A stretch of DNA of 64,000 nt from Podarcis melisellensis. Taxonomy: Eukaryota. Made by a program: the position numbers and the translations under genes. Below are positions 1-10,380 of this stretch, in pieces; positions within the stretch are counted from its first letter, which is position 1, and each line of letters opens with the position of its first letter. The DNA lies in NCBI GenBank assembly GCA_964234715.1, contig OZ174278.1; one strand, 5' to 3'. The notes under the pieces were generated by a model. It was not told the DNA's origin, made no database searches, and saw nothing but the letters and a program-made list of their open reading frames with translations.

Positions 1-408
1 CTTTGTTCTAAGGGTACTAGCTTCTGGGTGTTTTTACATTATGCTGTACTACAGGAGAGGGGACCACTCCAAGAGAATGGAATTAAAAAGTGAGAAGGAA
101 TATATATATTTTTAAGTCGGTTAATCAGAACTGGCATACTTCAGCTTTAATAAAAATCAGATAAATGAAAGACAGCTGTTACACTGGGGCATACATTAAT
201 TTCACTGTAAAGGAAATCTGTAAAAGAATGGCCACACTTCCTAGGTATTATATGTTTGCTGAAGCCCAAACAGCCAGTGGAATTTGTGGTTTGATCAGAA
301 GACACATTTGTTTCCATGACAAGCTGTTTTTGTTGTGTTTTCAGAAGTGGCAAAGCAAGTGCAATAAAACTCTGATGCAAATGTTTATTATGCATTTAAA
401 ATATATAA

Positions 409-643
409 GGGGTTGTAGCCAGTGTTAGTCATACTTAGAGTAGACCCACTGAAATTAATAGACACAATTAACTTAGGTGCTTTGGGTGTTATTCAATATT
501 AGTTCAACTCAGTGTAGACACATTGAAGTTAATAGACATGACTAATGTAGGTTCAGTAGGTTTACTCTGAGTATGATTTTGTTGACCACAATCCATTAAC
601 TTTATTAGGGCTATTCTATGTAGAACTTAGTTAGATACAACTC
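409..643. mobile_element. Short palindromic non-autonomous DNA transposon; one copy nested in another (inner copy ~484-594)
   Basis: Outer arms gggttgtagcc...agagtagacccactgaaattaat and attaactttattagggctattct...gatacaactc are diverged inverted repeats. The inner copy repeats the actcagtgtagacacattgaagttaat...tttactctgagt layout. A related copy lies at ~5682-5795. Confidence 0.55.
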
Positions 644-789
644 AGGTTCGATGGACATTTTATTAATCCATGCCACAAAATAAATTGATGGTCATCACAA
701 CGTTAAATTTAGATTAAAACTTCATGATATTATAGATGGTGCTGCTGTATGGAGCCAACATTAGAGGACCTTGTGTTGCAAAGTAGTTT

Positions 790-850
790 TATATATAAAT
801 ATAACAAATATATATTACATATATAACACACAACACACACACATATATAT
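790..850. repeat. (TA)/(CA) low-complexity microsatellite
   Basis: tatatataaatataac...acacacaacacacacacatatatat. Confidence 0.8.
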
Positions 851-1145
851 TCCACATTTAGTGAAATTGCTGCCATGGGTAATAATAACCCATGTGTTAC
901 ATAACATCTCTCAAGACAATGTACATAAATAAAAGATAAAAAACCAAATAATCTATTTAAAGCACAAATACATCAAAATAGAATCAGAAGACTACCTATC
1001 CATCCTCACAAAGCAAGAATTCAGAAGTCATGCTATCATACACAAACTCTCAACTATCACACTATCTTTGCATGCACTTCACCACCCCACCCAACTCACC
1101 GTTTAATTCAATAAAATGCTTAAACAATTAACAAACACTAATCAG

Positions 1146-1221
1146 TAGAAGACAGGAGTGCCTGGCGTGCTCTGGTACATGGGGTCACAAAGAGTCGGAC
1201 ACGACTAAACAACAACAACAA
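1146..1221 (+). mobile_element. Bov-B/RTE LINE 3' end (5'-truncated) with (CAA)n tail
   Basis: gaagacaggagtgcctggcgtgctctggtacatggggtcacaaagagtcggacacgactaaacaacaacaac matches the Bov-B-type 3' terminus as I recall it; antisense copy at 27351-27407. Confidence 0.8.
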
Positions 1222-2304
1222 TCATGTTCAGAAGGATGTGTCTGCTGAATAACAATCCAACCAAAGGTAAAACCCCCAAACCAAGTGATTTTTCACTTCC
1301 TTTCTCACCTGGTGCAATACAAACACACACTGCAAAGTTCTGAGGTTAGTGATAATTACCTTTCTGTCAATAACTGCAAGGATGCTGCCATTGTTTTCAG
1401 AAGATGGAAATTGATCAGCTCAGCAATGATCCACTTTAGCCCTTGTCCTCTGGTTCTTGCCCTTCAGTTCATCCCTCTGTACAAGCAGCCCCCAGCTACA
1501 TCCCCGAGGGAGGAACAAACACATTCTTGTACCCAGCAGTCTCCCACTTGTTTTCAATCCTCCTGATGCTCACCTTGTGCGCAAGCATACATTCTAGGCA
1601 CATGCATGCATTCTGGTCATTTCCTTCCAAATTATTCTGTTCAATAGATGCCTCAGATATATGTTTCAAATCAGGCTTCATGAATCAATCTTGCTTAACA
1701 CATAATCTGTTTCCTGGCCCTGGTTGGCAGTTACGTTGTTTGAGCATGATCTTTACAGGCGCCACTTTGGTGCTGTTTTATGAGACGCCTTTCTGTTCAG
1801 TATTTTGGTTGTAAATTGATGGAACCTGCTCATTCTTTACAACATAAGAGAATGGCGGGAACATTTAGTAAAATTACTGAGGTGTGACAAACAGCAAGAC
1901 ACAAATAGTGCATAAGCTGTTGCTATATCAGCATAAAATCAGCAGACTGAGTACCTTCTGTATATTAATCGTTGACATAAAATGAGGTGGTGGTTGGAGG
2001 AGCGGGGTTGGAAGACGGAGTAATTTAACACAAAATGAATACAAGGAGACCTTGCTAATAAAATGCCATGAAATGTAGTTCACCATGAAGACGCAGTTTT
2101 TTCCTTGATAGGAAGCAGGAACCTAAATTAAGAGAGGATCCAAAGTATTGCTCCCCATTTAGCACTTCTAGAGTGGTGAACTGGAGTCAGCTGTTTTAGT
2201 GCTGTATTAGGGGCTACGATCCCCCCCCCTGTAATGGTTTTATGGTGTGTGACATTTTGAAGAATTACTACCCATCAACAGACAGCAATAGTTGATGCAG
2301 ATCT

Positions 2305-3115
2305 TGTGAGGGCAGGAGGATGCCATATGCCCATCATTTCAGAGAAGAAACAAATTGTAAACCCGTGCCGTGAAGGCCAGACTCAGGGACTGCAGTTCAT
2401 AACATGCAACGATTCCCAGAGATGTGGTAGGAGAAGTGCCTTTCCAAATAACAAAGTTATCTCATAAAATGTCTGAGTCCATTTTTGTGTACTCTAATTG
2501 GGGGCACCTCCCCAATGTCTCAAACAGAGAACTACTACCCAAGATCCATTTTGAATAGAAGTAAAGAAAGAAGCATGTCAAAGTGCAAGTAAATAAATAG
2601 GTACCGCTTCGGCGGGAAGGTAAACAGCATTTCCATGCGCTGCTCTGGTTCGCCAGAAGTGGCTTAGTCATGCTGGCCACATGACTCGGAGGCTGTACGC
2701 CGACTCCCTCAGCCAGTAAAGCGAGATGAGCGCCGCAACCCCAGAGTCAGTCACGACTGGACCTAATGGTCAGGGGTCCCTTTATTTTTTAAAGAAAGAT
2801 GAGCCGTCTCTGTGAGGTGGCAAAAGGGTGCCCCCCCACTCCCTCAACTTGCTAGTAGTTAGAAAGAAAAAAGCCAGAGTTGAGAGTTGGGTATGTGAGG
2901 TAGAAGCTGGATGCAGACTGTAGGCTGAAGCCTGTGAGATAGAACCATGCCTGATTTCTCTTTGAATCTAAGGCTGTGACCCTCTTGGGAAATTAATATA
3001 TATGTGTAAATAAACCATATGTCACACAGACACCACAGTTTCTGCTATCCTTCAATTCGAGGAAACTGAACCCCTGGGATTTTGCAGTGCTCAGAGATTG
3101 GGGTGGCATGAAACA
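2305..3115 (+). mobile_element. Possible old solo LTR, interrupted by a Sauria SINE
   Basis: Starts TGT, ends AACA, has an internal AATAAA (~3008) and LTR-like composition. No matching TSD found. Confidence 0.3.
2572..2789 (+). mobile_element. Sauria SINE (Squam1), 5'-truncated
   Basis: aagtgcaagtaaataaataggtacc...cagagtcagtcacgactggacctaatggtcaggggtccc; TSD TAAAGAAAGA at 2562-2571 and 2790-2799. Confidence 0.9.
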
Positions 3116-3794
3116 CTATGATCCACTCCTATAGATTTATGTCATGTCCAGAAGAAACCAATAATCTATTTAAGCATCTCCAGCTTAATTCTTAGTTCTA
3201 TAATTGATGAAAACATGGCTATCAGGAGGGATGATATGCAGATTCATAGATCTATGCTTTAATTCAGCGCCACTGATTCTGTGCTTTTCTGTAAATTACT
3301 GAAATAATGGAACTAGCCATGTGAGTAAGCTTCAGCAATTACATAATGCTTTGGAGACAGTTGTTTGCTTGGACTAATGTTACATGCTTCATCTCCTTGA
3401 TATGATCAATTCTTCAGAATTATTTAAAGTGAAAACTATTGTGCCATAATTTCATTTCGTTTTTATTTCAGGAGGTAGGGTATTTAAACCTGAACCATCT
3501 TATCTCATTTTGGTTTCATTGCTGATTACGAAAGTGGTGCACCCATCCGTGTTAGCATGCTGCTATACTTATCATACTTTGAACTGAAATTGTAATTGGG
3601 AGAGGAGAAACAAAATCTCTGGGTTTATTTTATAAGTAGTTGATTTATTCACTTGTGCACTAACTGCATTTTCTTTTCTATTAGCATGGAGAGTGTAAAC
3701 ATCATTAAAACAAACAAATCTGCATAACTGTATTTTACTTGAACTTATTTCCATTTCAGTAAAACAATATCCTTTTTCATGCTTTACTTAGAGA

Positions 3795-3884
3795 AGAGTC
3801 AGTGTGGCTACAGTGTTGAACTTGGACGTGGGAAACCAGGGTTCAATTCTCCACTCAGCCATGAAGCTTACTTTGAGCCAGTCC
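3795..3884 (+). mobile_element. tRNA-derived SINE 5' fragment (Squam3/MIR-like)
   Basis: gagtcagtgtgg...ccagggttcaattctccactcagccatgaagct has a B-box-like GTTCAATTC and resembles the 26700-26917 copy. Confidence 0.55.
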
Positions 3885-3885
3885 T

Positions 3886-4413
3886 CATTTAACATTAACC
3901 AGCATTTTAGTGCAAATTTCTCCAAAATATACACATTTGTCCTGGGCACTTCCCCCTAATATAATGCATTTCTGTTTGACAGTTTCATTAATATATGCAT
4001 TTCTATTGACACTTTGCTCCAAGATACCACAAGACACACCTAGTTTTTGGAGGAGGAAAACAAGAAAAAAACTATTCTGAATCTCAGAAGCCAGAACAGC
4101 AAGAGGGATCGCTGCGCAGCAATCCCTCTTGCTGTTCTGGCATCCTTGATAGCTGCGCAGCCTGCATTTGCTCCATAAGACACACACACATTTCCCCTTA
4201 CTTTTTAGGAGGGAAAAAGTGAGTCTTATAGAGCAAAAAATACGGTATGTGTTTCTGTAAACATTACTTTGCTGGAGAACTGCATTACAGAATTCAGAGA
4301 AGCATGACTTTTGAAGGTTGGCTGTGTTTTGGTTTGTATAATGTTCCAGAATGTTCCTGTTTGGCAGGTTAGCTTTTAAATGTGAACTGAATAGAATTCC
4401 TCCCCCATTCCTA
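3886..4413 (+). mobile_element. Old AT-rich interspersed repeat, probable hAT-type non-autonomous element, interrupted by a Tc2 MITE
   Basis: cagcattttagtgcaaatttctcc and ttttgaaggttggctgtgtt recur at 54040-54070 and 54604-54630 and antisense at ~4965-5190. It ends ...cccccattccta, resembling the reverse complement of a TAGGGATG-type TIR. Confidence 0.55.
4012..4245. mobile_element. Tc1/mariner (Tc2-type, CCGTATTT TIR) MITE with an internal 52-bp palindrome
   Basis: Right end gtcttatagagcaaaaaatacgg followed by TA. Left TIR is eroded. Palindrome at 4090-4141. Confidence 0.7.
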
Positions 4414-4419
4414 GCGGTC

Positions 4420-4590
4420 ACAGAATCACAGAACTGTGGAGTTAGAAGGGGCCCAAGGATCTTCCTGTCTAACCCCTTGCAGTGCCAGAATCTCAACTGA
4501 AGCATCCATGACAGATGACTATCCAATCTCTGCTTTAAAACCTCCAATGGAGCAGAATCCACAACTTCTCAAGAGTGTCTTTTCCACATA
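4420..4590 (-). mobile_element. CR1 LINE 3' end
   Basis: cagaatcacagaactgtggagttagaaggggccc...tgctttaaaacctccaatgg...tccacaac is the reverse complement of a CR1 3' UTR/tail and the end of ORF2. Confidence 0.7.
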
Positions 4591-4854
4591 GTTCATTGTG
4601 GCCCTATTGGTGTTGAGAAGATAACTTCAAAAGTGAGAAGCCTCTTCTATTCTTGGAGGGAACCTGCATGATTTTGAGTCCTTCGTGGTTAAAAAAAGTC
4701 TTTGGCTAGAAAGAGCCACACAGACTCAGCGGGGCTGAATGTGCAGCGCCACTTTTCCTTGTATCTGTGTTGTCCCTTTATGTGAATAATGCATGAAGTG
4801 TGCTAATGTTATCCAAGTAAGTACACTGGCAAGATTAACAGCAGGAAAAACTTT

Positions 4855-5195
4855 CTAAGAGATAGGGGGAAGCATGTTTCGATATAATTCCAAGACAACA
4901 GCTAGAGATAAGGGAAAAAATTGATCTGGCTCACATCTTAAGATGTACCTACCTAATATGTAATTTCCAAAACACAGCTATCTTTAGAAATTTTCAGTTT
5001 CTGAATTTTGCAGTAATACAAAATGTGTGGGAGAGGGAAAAATAAATTTAGGGAAAAGGGTGCATTAAAATGCACATCTTGGTGAAGATAAGATATAAAA
5101 ATCCACTATAGTATGACTATAGTATAGAAAATTGCTTACAAAAATGTGTATATTAAATACAGACCTTTGTATATTAGGAGAAACATGCAATGAAA
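4855..5195 (-). mobile_element. Old AT-rich repeat, antisense copy of the 3886-4413 family
   Basis: tccaaaacacagctatctttagaaattt and caaaatgtgt...tattaggagaaa are reverse complements of motifs in 3886-4413. Confidence 0.5.
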
Positions 5196-5821
5196 TGGCC
5201 TGGAATGCAATTCTTGTTCAGAGTCCACTTGAAGGCTGAAGTGGCTTGATGCCTGGCTTGTTAAAGTCAATGGGAGGCAGGTCCCTTAGCTAGTGCCCTG
5301 TCTGTGGCTATACTAGAGTATGCAGCTATAAGCAGTCAAATCATTGCTCCATCTAGTGCAGTACCATTATAGTCTATTTTAGTGATACAGTTGTGTCTGT
5401 AGTGTCTCAGCCAAATATTTTCCCTAGACCCAAAGATCCTTTCGTTAAAATCCACAGCACTTTATATATGGAAAACATCTGCACCACTATTGAACTGTGG
5501 CTCCTTTATCCAGCAAATGTATACACAGAGAAGCCCAGACAGTATAGCAAGCATCCTTGATAGAGCCCTGCCCTTCTCTGGACCCATCCTTGATAGAGCC
5601 TTCTCTAACCTCATAATATATAGAAATCAATATGCAAACCAGAGGTCAACATATTAGACCACTATGGTTTTTAACATGAAAACACTTCAATTAACGTTTA
5701 CTCAGAGTAGGCCTATTGAAATGATGGACCTAACTTAGTCATGTTCCTTGATTTCAGTGAATCTAATCTGTGTAAAACTTTATTGAATGCCACCCTAAAT
5801 GCTATAAACACCCTGAAAGTG

Positions 5822-5865
5822 GTGTGTGTGTGTGTGTGTGTGCGTGCGCGCGCGCGTGTGTGTGT
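5822..5865. repeat. (GT)n(GC)n(GT)n alternating purine-pyrimidine microsatellite
   Basis: gtgtgtgtgtgtgtgtgtgtgcgtgcgcgcgcgcgtgtgtgtgt. Confidence 0.95.
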
Positions 5866-6521
5866 AAAGGTAGTAATAGAAAGAATGTTTGTTTCAGGTA
5901 TTGCCCCATATACCTCTTGGTGAATACTTTGGGTTATAACAATTAGAATGATGTGGTCTGATTTAACAATGCTGCCTATTATTTAATATAATGCACCAGC
6001 ATTTATTGCAACTGCCAGCCGAGTTAAAGTTCATTCTTCAAAATTTCATTCTCCAAAGTATTATATAGTATGTAAAGATTCATTGAACAGAAACAACATT
6101 TAGTTTGATTTAATTCTTTGCTTCCTTTTAAAGGTCAAATATAGTTTGCAGCTTCTGAGCCTCATTATACCTTGTGGTTGAAGAATCAGAGTGGGATAGA
6201 TTCCCTTTGACTTAATCCATTTTCCTGTATCAAGTTCAATGCCTTGTACCATTTCATTTCACCTTTTCCCATTAAAATAATCACATGTATATGGTAGATT
6301 GACTAAATGATTTACATTTTCTCTGAAAGTTCTTTAGTGTGAAAAAGCATCAGTAGGATAATTCATTGGCCCATATTTCTGTTGCCTTGAGCAGAAATAC
6401 CAGTAAGCAATATCAAGGAGAACTTTCCACTATGACAATCTGATGCATATGCTTCCACACAGAAGAAACCCAATGCCATTTCCACTTGATGACACTCCCT
6501 ATGTGGTCTGTGACATTTCTA

Positions 6522-6593
6522 AGGCTGCAGTCCGATATCTGGGAGGAACTTGATGGGCCATACTTATGAGTAGACACATATAGGAGTGGGCTG
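6522..6593. mobile_element. Short palindromic non-autonomous DNA element (GGCTGCA.TCC...AGGA..GC.GC ends, PIF/Harbinger-like); related copies ~24411-24487, ~26622-26696, ~31803-31886
   Basis: Recurrent diverged motif: (gg)tgcartcc...actca/gagtaagt...ccactgaa...aggattgca; TAA/TTA-like flanks. Confidence 0.45.
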
Positions 6594-8939
6594 TGAATTT
6601 CTTACTGCATGTACCAACCTAATCACTTTGAAAGTCTTTGCAACAGCACCGCTCATTTCTGATGAAATAGTAATTCGTGGGTATTTCAGGGCAGTATTTT
6701 AATCACATGAACTAGTCATTCTCAAATGTAGCTAATATTTTGGAATATAGCCCAACTGAGGAGGATCAATTTTTACATTCTAAAGCATTTCTTAATTATC
6801 ATAACAATCATAATCATTTTATATCTTGCCTTTTCTCCCAAAGGGGCTTAGGGAAGGTAATGGACCTAATCCAGATTCTGCTTCAAATTTTGCAGTTCTT
6901 TAGCTCTGTAATGACTCCCAGATAAAAAATGATGGGATGGATAAATATATACTTAAACTATTTCATCATGGAACATTTTCTTTAAAAACAAAACCAAAGT
7001 TCAAAATCAATAATAAAATTATATTTTTGTTCTACTTTTAGTTATATGGTGCATGTGCAGAATTTTGCAAGGTACATTCCAGAATTATGAATTTCCAAGT
7101 AGAATTAAGCTGAGTGTCAGAATTTAGGAACAATTATGGAGTTGAATTGGTTCATTTTGCTTATTTCTAATGAGAGCTACCGTAACTCTCATAGACTACA
7201 GAAATAGTCACCCTTTTTGCCAACCATGTTCAGCAGAAAAGAAATAAAGTCCTCACAACTGCTCTTACTTATCTCAAACTTCAGACTTCTGTTTTCTTCC
7301 AAATTTGGAGAAAGCTTTGCCTAGCCAAGAAATCAGGAGGACAGTGCCTTGGAGAAGGACACACTGGTTGAAAGTAAGGGCTGCCGATTGATTTTTCTAT
7401 CCCCAATTTCAGTCTCTGCTGTGCCTAATTTCTAAGGGAAACACAAACCCTGAATATTTATCTGGAAAACGCTGTGATCTCACAACACCCAGAGATAGAG
7501 GTAGTGTGTAACAATACACTCCCTGTCAGAGAGAAATAGGGGATTTTTATGCTTAAGTGAATGGAGAACCCAGACCAGCTTGGTAGATTAGTGCTGCCAT
7601 CCGGATAGTTTAGAGAACAGGAAATGACTAATTATGAATGAATTCCCTATCGGCAGAAATGCAAATATAGCAAAGACTTAGACTAACGTGTTATGTTGGT
7701 CGAATACCTAGCAACCCCAAAGACCAATGTAATTCATTACATTGGTGTTCATGTGACAAGCTAAACAAATTAGCTTCACCTTTGAAGTTGTAGGAGCAAT
7801 ACTTTTTTCAAAGAGTCTGCTTTGTCATAACAGCTGTGACCTAGTTGTAATGGCACCTGCTTGCCTCTCACAGCATAGTTTTCTGAGTTGTATGACACAC
7901 TTGCTGTTTCACCCCTGCAAGCTTTCCCTTACAGACACAATCACCTTGTACTTTGCTTTTGTTAATTATTTGCAAGAATGACTAACAAACAAGCAATTAG
8001 CCCATTATCTACAAAAATCCCAAAGTGATCAATAATGAGAGCTGCTCAGATTCTTGCTACAATTAGCATTAGAGCTGAAAAAAGGAAAGTTAAGACACTG
8101 AACTGTTTTGGTGGCATGCTTTGAATGCTGAGAAGATGTGAATTAAAGCAACTTGTATCCCACCCAGTATGTGTCAGACCCAGTTCCTTCCAAGGGAGAG
8201 GGTTCAGGGTCACAGCAAAGCAGGAAGTGGCCCTAATACAGGAAACACAGCAGCAGTGCCCCCTAACTGTGCTTTTAGAAATCAATGGAAGCTTCTCCCA
8301 GCATGGAGATGAAGGGTCCATACGTTCTGTGACTAAATATTTCACAGCTCTATTTATATACAAGTGTGTTGATGGGGGAAAAGAAGAAGGGAATAGCAGC
8401 CAACACTATTTTTGATGTCAAATATGTTCTTGTGTATTCCTTCTGTTCCATAGAAACTTACTATGCAGAAGAACACAGGTTGACTTGATTCAAGCATCAT
8501 GACCTTGGTCCAATAAACCATGGTTTATCAGACCCGTAACAAGCAGTGTGTCTGTACACTTCTTCCTCATCCTTTCCTTCCATCACATGCCAAGCTTTGG
8601 GGAATATATCCCCATTTTTAAAACCTAGGTTTCCCGTAAAGTTTGAACTGGGCAGCTGTAGTTAAGGGTTCCTTCCAAAGTAGAACATGGAACCAGCATG
8701 AGATGTAGCCTTGTGCTACTCAGCCAGCACATTTATGTAGAGAAACACATATTTAAGTGGTAGTGCAGTGTAGCAGAAGTGTAGTAGCAGTGTGGAAATA
8801 CCTAGTGAGCTTTTGTGGGTCCATGTAAGAAATTGGTTATTTGTTAGGGGAGGGGAAAGCCTTCCCAAGCTACTCTGCTGGGCAATCAGGTGCTAGTAGC
8901 GAACTTGCTGATACAGCTTTTGCATATCAAAGGGAAACA

Positions 8940-9066
8940 ATAGATGATAGATAAATATAGATGATAGATAAATATAGATGATAGATAAATATAGATAGAT
9001 AGACAGATAGATGAAAGATAGATGGTAGGTAAGTAGGTAGGTAGACAGACAGATATAGATAGATAA
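8940..9066. repeat. GATA-type compound microsatellite with three 17-bp units (tagatgatagataaata)
   Basis: Directly visible tandem units followed by (AGAT)/(AGAC)/(AGGT) runs. Confidence 0.9.
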
Positions 9067-9319
9067 AATTATAATTGTGATTATTTTATTTTCATAACAA
9101 ACAAATGGAATTCAAAGACGTATTTGTTCAGTAAATGTTTCTGATCAGAACAATGTGTGTCCCTATCTTATGTACATTGAGAGTGCTAGCATGATGTTAC
9201 AAAAAATGAATACGACTCATTTTATGATAGAGCCTCTCTCCAAAATGAAGCTTGTGCCATTTGAGGTCTCACTGCCTCCTCACTTCTGTTAACAAAAGGC
9301 ATTAAAGGCGACCAAATTG

Positions 9320-10380
9320 TTGTTGTTGTTACCCTTCCCTTTCAGCTCCCAGCACTGGTTAAAACACAATGTTAGAAACAATTTAAAACAACTTACAACC
9401 AGAAAAATAAGGAGGGTCTTAAAGATATATCTTCACTGTCAAAAGCTAGGGTAAAGTGGTGTGTCTTCAGCATTTGCCAAACTATATAATTAAGATGCCG
9501 GATGAACCTCTGCAGGGAGGCAGTTCCACAATTTAGGGGCTGCCACAAAAAATGCCTTCTCCTGGGCCACTACCCCTAAAGCTTCTGAGCATGGTGAAGA
9601 ACCAAGATTACCCCTTCTGTAGATCTTAGTGCCCATGAGGGTCTGTAAGGAAGAAGGCAGCCATTCGGTTACTCAGTGCCTAAGTCATTTAGAACTTTAT
9701 AAAGTAGTGTGAGCTCCTTGAATTGGGTCCAGAAACAACATGCAACCAGTGCAGCTGTTTTAAATGGGGGCTATGTGAGATCTCAATGGAATGCCAGCCA
9801 ATAATCTGGCCACTGCATTTTGGACCAATTGAAGTTTCCAAGTTGTCTTCAAAGGCAGCCCCATGTAGAGCATGAACTGCAGTAATCCAGTCCAGACGTT
9901 ACTAGAGCATGAAGTAAGCCAAGTCATTTCTGTCCAAATGTGGCTGGATCTGGAAAAATACACTCCTCGCCACCAAGGTCACCTGAATCTCCAGTGCAGG
10001 GGTGCCAAAGTGGGCCCCATACTATGGGTGCCCAGTGATGTGTGTGATGTGAAGTGATGTCATGGCGTCATGTTAGGTCACGTTCACTGCAGCAGTGCCT
10101 GGGAGTCCCAGAAGTCACATGTGAGGCCCTGTGAGGCCTCGGATACCACCTCTGAGGCCCTGCAAGGCTTCACAAGGATCTGGAAGTCGCATCGGAGGCC
10201 CCAGTGCTTCATGAGGCCCGAGAAGTTGTGTCAGAGGCCCCGTGGTATGGGTGCTGAGAACCCACAGCAATTTTTTGTGGGTTCCCAGACCCTCAGGGCC
10301 CCCTATAGTTGGCATCAGTGCTCCAATGACAAGGTTGAGTCCAGCCCATCGCCACATCCAATAGCTATTCTGTATCAATC
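9320..10380 (-). mobile_element. Decayed L2-clade LINE, 3' part of ORF2
   Basis: ORF 9760-9963 reads LYMGLPLKTTWKLQLVQNAVARLLAG, matching the L2/CR1-group C-terminal motif LQLVQNAAARLL. Interrupted by a hAT MITE at 9997-10320. Confidence 0.8.
9997..10320. mobile_element. hAT-type MITE with internal GAGGCCC-containing repeats
   Basis: Ends CAGGGGTGCCAA...TTGGCATCAGTG; 8-bp TSD ctccagtg (9989-9996) / ctccaatg (10321-10328). Confidence 0.8.

Noticed and set aside
3470-3585. Minus-strand acceptor followed by SKYDKYSSMLTRMGAPLS* and AATAAA (possible terminal exon)
   Set aside because: No recognisable homology or upstream partner exon; such signals arise by chance in AT-rich DNA.
3885-4562. Longest ORF (225 aa, minus strand)
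   Set aside because: It runs across three unrelated repeats (CR1 3' end, old AT-rich element, Tc2 MITE). Only the first residues resemble the CR1 ORF2 end; it is a chance read-through.
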